From: the human T2T-CHM13v2.0 reference genome, Homo sapiens
Direction: 5' to 3' (one strand)
NCBI RefSeq assembly: GCF_009914755.1
Contig: NC_060944.1
DNA: 64,000 nucleotides
Shown here: in pieces, positions 55,146-64,000 of the stretch
How positions within the stretch are numbered: the stretch's first letter is position 1
Layout of the letters: every line of letters begins with the position of its first letter
Position numbers and translations under genes: made by a program
The notes under the pieces: model-generated
What the model saw: only the letters and a program-made list of their open reading frames with translations
Database searches by the model: none
What the model was told of the DNA's origin: nothing

Positions 55146-55850
55146 TTTTTTTTTCTTTTTTTTTATTATACTTTAAGTTCTAGGGTACATGTGCATAACG
55201 TGCAGGTTTGTTACATATGTATACATGTGCCATGTTGGTGTGCTGCACCCATTAACTCGTCATTTACATTATGTATATCTCCTAATGCTTTCCCTCCCCA
55301 ATTTCCCCACCCCACAACAGGCCCCGGTGTGTGATGTTCCCCTTCCTGGGTCCACCTGTTCTCATTGTTCAATTCCCACCTATGAGTGAGAACATGCAGT
55401 GTTTGGTTTTTTGTCCTTGCGACAGTTTGCTGAGAATGATGGTTTCCAGCTTCATCCATGTCCCTACAAAGGACAGGAACTCATCATTTTTTATGGCTAC
55501 ATAATATTTCATGGTGTATATGTGCCACATTTTCTTAATCCAGTCTATCATTGATGGACATCTGGGTTGGTTCCAAGTCTTTGCCATTGTGAATAGTGCC
55601 GCAATAAACATATGTGTGCATGTGTCTTTATAGCAGCATGATTTATAATCCTTTGGGTATATACCCAGTAATGGGATGGCTGGGTCAAATGGTATTTCTA
55701 GTTCTAGATCCTTGAGGAATCACCACACTGTCTTCCACAATGGTTGAACTAGTTTACAGTCCCACCAACAGTGTAAAAGTGTTCCTATTTCTCCACATCC
55801 TCTCCAGCGCCTGTTGTTTCCTGACTTTTTAATGATCACCATTCTAACTT
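55146..55850 (-). mobile_element. L1PA (about PA4/5), 5'-truncated, ~0.7 kb
   Basis: ttattatactttaagttctagggtacatgtg...; perfect 15-bp TSD gcaggccacatttct. Confidence 0.97.
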
Positions 55851-55865
55851 GCAGGCCACATTTCT

Positions 55866-58335
55866 AATCATAATATAATTCAATTAAAAAGAAAGCCTTA
55901 ACTTCTTGGAAACTGAAAAACTTTATCTTAAATACACAGACCCTAGATCAAACAGGAGATCCAAATGTAAATTATAAACTATTTTAAAAATAATCAAGAA
56001 AAAGAGACAATTTCATGCCAAAACACGTGGAGGCAGCTAGGGATATATCCAGAGTAATGTGATCCAAGCATTTCAACATTACAAATTAGAAAAAAAGGAA
56101 CAAAATAACAAAATAAAATTAGAAGAATATAAGAGCTAAAAATAATGACATTATTTTCTTTTTAGCGAAGTAAACAATAATAATGACATAAAGAAAAAAC
56201 ATGTATCTAAATAAAATCAAAGGTCGTCCTTTGAAAAAACATGGTACATTTGGTGAAGCAAATGAAAATAAGAGAGTATAACATATTAAAAAAGAGAAAG
56301 GTGATATAACCATAAATAGACAAGATATTAAATTTTAAAATATTATGTATAACTCTGTAATAAGAAATTTGAGAATTTCGAGAGTGATAATTTTTCTAGT
56401 AAATAAAATGAAATTCAACCGAGGAGAAGAAAATCACGTAACAGTTTAAGAAAGTTATTTAAATACCTTTATAAAAACCACCTCAGGTCTAGATCCTTTT
56501 TTTTCCAAATGATTTTAAAAATATATCCTTTAAGGAAAGATAACTCTGATAATATTTAAATTATCTCAGTCCATATAAAAATAAAGCTTTTCCATTCATT
56601 TTATATATCCAACATAATTTTCATGCCAAAACAGGATACAAATAATGCAAAAATAAAACTAGAGATAAATTTTACCTATAAATACAGATGGAAAATGTTA
56701 AACAAATGGAATCAATCAGTGCATCCAAAGTACAAACCATGACTAAGCAAGGATTATTCTAAGCATGGCTCATCATCAACAAATATATTAAGACAATGTA
56801 TTACAAACAGAAATTAATGGGAAAAGCCATCTGGTTGAATCAATAGACAGTGAAGTGACATCTGTTATTGTGCCACCCAGTAGCTATTTTCCCTTCTTCT
56901 GGTGACTGTTACCAAAGCTTTCCTCTGGGAATCCACCTGCTCATCTCCTTTAAGCAGATGTAGAGGGGATGAGATCCTACCCAGCTCAGGGGTGAAGCTT
57001 GTGATCTACATTTGAGCCAATCAGCACATCACATTTCCCTGGTCTTAATGATTGTGATTTAGAGGTAAGACTATGGGCGTACCAATCAGAGAGATGCAAT
57101 AAAATATTTTCTGGGAGCCCTAGGAATCCCTATCTCTTCCTCTACCACTAGATTTGAAGCTAAATGCTTACGAGTTTTACAGTTGTTGCAGCTGATTGAG
57201 GGGCCACGGGGGAAGAGTCTGTAAGAGTTACCTGATCCTGATAACACAGTTTGAACCCTTGTATCAAGCTGGTCTCAAGCCAGCCTCATTCTGAGCATTT
57301 TCAGTTATAAAAGCCAATGCATTCACTTTTCACTGGAGTCAATTTGGGTTAAGATTTCCTGGAATTTGTCACAGAGGAAGTTTTCATTGATGTATATGCC
57401 AGGATACATTTGATAAAATCCAGTAGACATTCCTAATGAAAACTTTAACCAAAACAGAAATTGATGGGCAGTACTTAAATATAATAAAGACTTTTGAAAA
57501 AAACTTCAGTGAACCCCTTATTAAGGGGCAAAATTCTGAAACCATTTCCTTTAATATCATGAGCAAGACAGGTATGCTTACCATCTCCATTTCTATTTAA
57601 CATTGTTTTGGTGGTTAAGCCAATGCACTTAGTAAAGAAATGAGATACTCAGGAAAAATATTTTAAAAAGAAGAGACAAAATAGAATTTATCTACAAATG
57701 ATGTGACTCTAAACTTAAAAAACTTGAGTGACTACTTAAAAAATGTCTAGAATTTATCCAGGAGCTGATAATTTGGCTAGAATCTATCTAAGTACATAAA
57801 AAATCAAGAGCAATAATAAAAAAATCAGAAGAAACTCCCAATCATAATGTGACTTAAATAATATGAGACAAGGAAAAAATACATTTGATGGGAATGGTTC
57901 TAAACTTAAAAAGATATTAAAATGCAAACAACTAATAAATTTTATTGAAACATATAAAAACATGTCCTGAACAAATTTTTTAAAATACCACATGTATGAA
58001 TGAGCAAACTCAATATTATAAATGTCAGTCTTCCCAAAACCAATACGTTGATGAAATACAATTTCACTCAGAATCTTCATAATTTTAATTCATAAAATTA
58101 ACTACCAAACTATTTTAAAGTGTATATGGAAGAGTATATGTCTAAGAAAACCAAGAAAACTGTAAAAGTAGGAGGAACCACGATGTTTCTTTATTAAGCT
58201 TACAATAAAGTAAATAAAATTGTATATTATTGGTCCAGAAATAATAATTTAGTAGAATAAAACAGAAATACCAGAAGAGATTCAATTTTATATGAGTATA
58301 TAGTAAGTGACAAATATGGAATTTTAATTCAGTAA
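55866..58335 (+). mobile_element. Highly degenerate L1M ORF2 region, interrupted by an MLT1 LTR at ~56860-57385
   Basis: A-rich; catttgataaaatccag, gagcaagacaggtatgcttaccatctcc, ctcaatattataaatgtcagtcttccc are L1 ORF2 landmarks in the expected order. Confidence 0.72.
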
Positions 58336-58694
58336 AACCCGTGCGTGTGTGTGTATGTGTGTCTGTGTATATCTTATTTAAAGAAATTAGATTAATATGT
58401 AAGGTGATGTTTTCTTGATAAAATTAAGAAAAAGTAAGTATTCTGCTGGCAACAAAATTAGGGCATGCAGTCAGGGAATCTACAAGGCATATGAAGAATG
58501 ATCACTTCAAAACAACTAACCTTTAGATAGGAAACTGGACCTTTTGTGTGAAACCTATCCTGTGTTTTATTTTTTTCCTATTAGGATAAAATTATATATT
58601 GGCTATACATGGGTGAACAGAGAATTAAACCTGATAACAGACCAATCCATCTTGCAATACAAAAATGAAATTATAAGGAAAAAGATTATCTAAC

Positions 58695-59050
58695 TATCTC
58701 GGTCTGCCTTCTGCTGCTATAACAAAATACTTGAGAGTGGGTAATTTATAAACAACAGAAATTTATTTTCTCACAGTTCTGGCATCTGATAAGTCCTAGA
58801 TAAACAGTGGCAGATTGGTGTCTGATAAGGGTTGCTCTGCGCTTGCAAGATGTGCCTCTTATTGGGTAATCACATGGGTGAAGGGGAAGATAGCTCCCCA
58901 GTATCTCTCTCATAAGAACGCTAACCCCACATGGGAGGGCTCTGCCCTCATGACTTAATCACCTCCTAGGGGTCTCACCTCCTAATACTATCACACTGAT
59001 GATGAAATTTCAACATATGAAACTTGAAGGAACACATTCAGACCTTACCA
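58695..59050 (-). mobile_element. MLT1A-type MaLR solo LTR
   Basis: gctgctataacaaaatac...aacagaaatttattttctcacagttctgg...gccctcatgacttaatcacctcc. Confidence 0.87.
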
Positions 59051-59160
59051 CTGATAGATCTATTAAACGTGGGCTTGTTATCCTGAAATAGTTATACCAT
59101 TGCAATCAAAAAAAGTTAGAACAAAATCCAAAATAATGTCAAATTGAAGGTATTATTTGT

Positions 59161-59463
<303 letters not shown>

Positions 59464-60279
59464 TTATACAAACTGATATATCAACAATGTCTTGCATTAT
59501 AAAAGTGCCAATAGGTTGCTGGAAGGCAAAATATTTGAAAGGTGGAGCAGTCTGAAATAAATTGTGTCTCTATTTTGTTTCTGATGTAGTTTTAGAAGAA
59601 TGTTAAAGGAAATATAACGGAACTAAGATGATGCAAATTAGAGTTTGGTTGGTCCCTTCAGGAAAGAGTTTGGCATGGCCATGGGCCAAATTCAACCTTT
59701 GCTCTATCTTTGTAAAGTTTTGTTAGAATATAGCAACACATTTTTGTTACTTAATGTCTATAGCTGCTGTCATACTATCTACTTGGCTTAAAAGAAAACT
59801 TGTTTAATTCTAGAAATGGAGCAGACTGCAGTCTCTGAGTACAACTCAGTAAATTTAAAAAGAAATCATGAAAGTAAGAACAAACAAACAACCCAAACCA
59901 CTTGGAAAAAAAGGAAAATTTTAAATATATAATAAAAATTTGATTCAAAGAAGTCAAAATCTCGGTTTGTTCCAGAAATTTTGAAAAACAACGGTAACTA
60001 TGATGTTTCATGCAAAAACTTAGGGAATACTGCCAAAACTGCATATTTCATTGTTTCATTACATATAGGAAGGGTGAAAATAAATTATTGAAAGCATTTA
60101 ATTCAAAAATATTGGTGAAAAAAGCATACCATGAAATTCTGAGGTACTCAGAAGGAGGAATTAATAAAAGAAAAGTAACAAAGGAGTAGGTTTAAAAGAC
60201 ATATTCAGATTGAATTTGTTGGAAATCAAACATATTTCCATCTAGATAATAATGTAGATGAGCCAACAGCTAATAAAAT

Positions 60280-62995
60280 CAATAAAAATAGAAATATAAA
60301 AATATGTACAAATGCACCTAACAGCAGTTACATAAAACGAAACAAAAATACACCACCAACAAAAATACATAAAACAAAACTGAGAACTGGAAAGAGAAAT
60401 ATGAAAATCCACAACTATATTTGAAAACTTTCCTCTCCCAGTAATTGATAGAACAAGTAGAGGGAAAATTATTAAAATTAGAGAAAATCTGAGCAAAACT
60501 TCAACCACTTGACCTAAGTGATGTTATTTCAGACTCCATTCAACAACAGCAAGATATACATTCTTTTCATGTGCCCCTGGCAAATTCACCGAGATAGACC
60601 ATATACCATACTATGAAACAAATCCTAACAAATTTAAAAGAACTTCAATAACAGGAAATGTGTTTTCTGACTATAGTAGATTTAAACTAAAAATTAATAA
60701 CAGAAAGATATCTGAAAAATTCCCCAATATTTGTAAATTATACAAAACACTTCTTAATCCATGGATCAAAGAGTAAATCACTAGAAAAGCTAATGCACAT
60801 TGAATTGATTGAAAACTAAAACGCATCATGTCAAACTATGTGTGGCAGTGGGATACAGCTAAAGTAGTACTTAGAGGTAAATTTATGGCAGTAAAATACT
60901 TATATTAGAAAACAGAAAAGTTCTCATATCCATAATTTAAGCTTCTAAATTAAGAAACTAGAAAAAGAAGTACATAATAAATGTAAAGGAAGCAGAAAGA
61001 AGGAAATACTAAAGGTAAGAACAGAAATGAGTGAACTTGAATATAGAAAACTAATGAAAACAAATGGTAAAATCAAAAGCTGATTCTCTGAAAAGATGAA
61101 CGCCAGGCATGGAGGCTCATGCTTGTAATCCCAGCACTTTGGGAGGCCGAGGCGGGCAGATCACTTGAGGCCAAGAGTTTAAGACCAGCCTGGCCAACAC
61201 GGTGAAACCCCATCTCTACTGAAAATATGAAAATTAGCCAGGCCAAGAGTTTGAGACCAGCCTGGCCAACTTGGTGAAACCCTGTCTCTACTGAAAATAC
61301 AAAAATTAGCCAGGCATGGTGGTGTGCGCCTGTAATCCCAGCTACTCAGGAGGCTGAGGCAGGAGAATCACTTGAACCAGGGAGGCAGAGGTTGTAGTGA
61401 GCCGAGATCGCACCATTGCACTACAGCCTAGCCAACAAGAGCTAAACCCTGTCTCAAAAAAAAAAAAAAAAAAAAGAAAAAAGAAAAGATCAATAAAACT
61501 GACAAGTCTCTAGCCAGACTGATCGAGAAAGAAAAGAAAGAAGACACAAATCGTTAGCATCGAGAATACAAGGACGAACATTACTACAGATCTTTGAGAT
61601 ATTAAAAGGAAAAATAAATATTAGAAGCACTTAATGCCAATAAATTTGATAGCACAGATGAAATAAACAAATTATTTGAAAGACACAAACTACCAAATCT
61701 CACTCAAGAATTAGGTAACGCATTTCACCAAGAAAAATCCATATGAAAACAGTTTCACTGGGGAATTCTACCAAATATCTACAAAAAAAAAATAGTATCA
61801 GAGAAAGAATAGTACTTTTAGGAAGCAGTGCTTAAACAGATATCCATATGTAAGAAATCAACCTAGACCCATACCTTGCACTATATATAATAATCAACTC
61901 AGAACATAACATAGGGGAAACATTTTGTGACCTTTGTTAGGCCAAGAACTTTGAGATATGACATAAAGTACAAAACAAAGAAAGGTTGATTAGTTGAAAT
62001 TCATTGAAATTAAAAACTCCTGCTCTTCAAAGGGCACTGTCAAAAAGATAAAAAGAGATGTCACAGACAGGGAGGAAATATATACAAAACACACAAATGT
62101 GATAAATGATTGTATCCAGAATACACAAAGAACTTTGAAGTTCAGTGGTACAAAGACAGTTCAACTTAAAATATAGGCAAGCAGTTTGAACAAAGATGTC
62201 ATCAAAGAAGATATGTGAAGGACAAAAAGCACATGAAAAATTCCCAACAGCATCAGTCATTATGGAAATCCAAATTAAAACCACTATGAGCTCTAATCAC
62301 TTACACACTCACCTACTCATGTGGCCAAAGCAGGGGAAAGGGAGACAATGAGAAGTCCTCACAAGGCTATGAAATGACTGGGACTCTTCGATACAGTGCA
62401 AAATGGTACAACCACTTTGGAAAACAGTTAGGCAGCTTCTTATAAACTTATACTTTACATATAAACCAGAAAATCAAATCCTGGATATTTATCCAAGAGA
62501 AATAAAAATGTATGTCTATTCAAAGACTTGTACACAAATATTCATAACAGTTTTACCTATAGTAGACAAAACTGGGAACAACACAGATTTCTATCCATGA
62601 ATGGATGAACTGTGATATATTCATACAATCAAATACTACTCAGCAAATAAGAAGTAAAGTACTAATACATGCAGTAGCGTGGCTAAACCTTGACAGCAAG
62701 ATGCCTCATGAAGGAAATCAGACTCAAAAAGCTGCATCCTGTGGGATATCATTTACATCACATTCTAGAAACAGAAAAACTATAGGGACAGAAAGCAGAT
62801 CACTGGTTTTCAGGGCCGAGCACAGGGAAGAATTAATTTTAAAGGGGCATGGGGAAACTTTTTGGGATTATGAAAATATTTTTTATTTCAATAGTGGTAG
62901 TGGTTATACAACTATACATTTATCAAAATTCATTTAATTTTCCTCCTAGAAATGGTACATTTTATTATAGATAATATTTTTTGAAACTTAAACAC
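60280..62995 (+). mobile_element. L1M (MB/MC-like): endonuclease-region segment joined to ORF2 end and 3' UTR
   Basis: caacaacagcaagatatacattcttttc (endonuclease region); VQPLWKTV and LDIYPREIK in ORF 62403..62600; large internal deletion near 61800. Confidence 0.83.
61101..61481 (+). mobile_element. AluS (Sz-like) with an internal 72-nt tandem duplication
   Basis: Units 61168-61239 and 61240-61311; TSD gaaaagatgaa/gaaaagatcaa. Confidence 0.95.
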
Positions 62996-63788
62996 ATACA
63001 AAATTATTTATTTGGGCAAACAAGCAGAAACAAAGATGACATTAGAGTGATACGGCACGATATTTTTGCCCAACCCTACCACCATTTTATTTGAAAACCT
63101 GGATGGATTTCCAAGAAACCACAAATGAACAAATTTGACTGAAAACACATGGAAAAGCTAAATAAATCAATAATCGTAAAATGAACTAAAACACATAAGA
63201 ATATCAAGAATATCCCAGTGGTTTGAGTGCTTCTCCTATACTCTCCCCAAAGCACCAGGACATTCAGTTTTAGGAAAGAGTATTTTCATTCCTTTAAGAA
63301 AAAAGTAATTCCTATATCCATGAAATGGTACTAGGACATAAAAAGTGAAAGACAATTTAGGAATTCCTTTTTAAAGCTACTCTCACCCCCATAGCAAAAC
63401 TTAACAAAAGGTAGGCTTAAAAACCCCCAGGCCAATCTTACTTATGAATATGGACGCAAAAATTTTAAATTAAATATTGTTACTTGAGCAGCTCAATAAA
63501 ATACCATATCTTATGATAAAATGAGATTTATTTCAGCTGTGCAAGATGGTTCAATATTAGAAAATGTGCATTCATGCATTACCACATTAAGAGATCCAAC
63601 AGAAAATCACCTGATCATTTCTGATCCTACTGGTTTATACCTTTCCCAAGATCTCACATGGCTCACCCTACAAGGCATTCAAACCTCACTCAAAGAACAC
63701 CTCCACAGAGAACTAGCCTTCTTGAACTATCTTTGATATGTCACCTTCCTACCAGCCCAGAACCATCACTCGCCACGAGAGTAGAGAC

Positions 63789-64000
63789 TTTATTTTTTGT
63801 TTGAGACAGAGTCTTGCTCTGTCACCCAGGTTGGAGTGCAGTGGCGCAATCTTGGCTCACTGCAACCTCCGCCTCCCAGGTTCAAGCGGTTCTCTTGCCT
63901 CATCCTCCCGAGGAGCCACCATGCCCGGCTAATTTTTGTATTTTTAGTATAGACGGAGTTTTGCCTTGTTGGCCAGGCTGGTCTTAAACTCCTAACCTCA
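63789..64000 (-). mobile_element. AluS, runs off the window; short deletion in the right arm
   Basis: gagacagagtcttgctctgtcacccagg...; ctcccgag|gagccacc lacks tagctgggattacaggc. Confidence 0.94.

Overview
Primate (very probably human) genomic DNA from inside PTPRT (receptor-type protein tyrosine phosphatase T / RPTP-rho), which is transcribed from the minus strand. Only two coding exons are present: 2222-2021 (202 nt, [10 protein letters not shown]...TRIATKIS) and 676-574 (103 nt, (A)PSMPEYDTD...RGAPV(S)). Both have canonical AG/GT ends and compatible phases. From memory they are exons 10 and 11, in the extracellular fibronectin type III region. Everything from 2223 to 64000 is one very large intron, with no further PTPRT exon recognised. 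It is filled with about 16 Alus, young and old L1 pieces, L2, MIR, MaLR/ERV LTRs, hAT and Tigger DNA-transposon relics and microsatellites. Almost all ORFs in the supplied track are chance ORFs or repeat-derived. I see no prokaryotic-type system, CRISPR array, RNA gene or CpG-island promoter, and I cannot claim a new biological system. The best leads are hypotheses about RNA processing: an Alu-bracketed exon 10-11 circRNA carrying a junction-spanning 111-aa ORF, an intronic-polyadenylation route to a secreted ectodomain, a candidate in-frame 24-nt microexon and a tight inverted Alu pair. There are also several clear fossils of DNA repair and transposition. Repeat subfamily names and boundaries were assigned by eye from remembered consensus sequences and are approximate.
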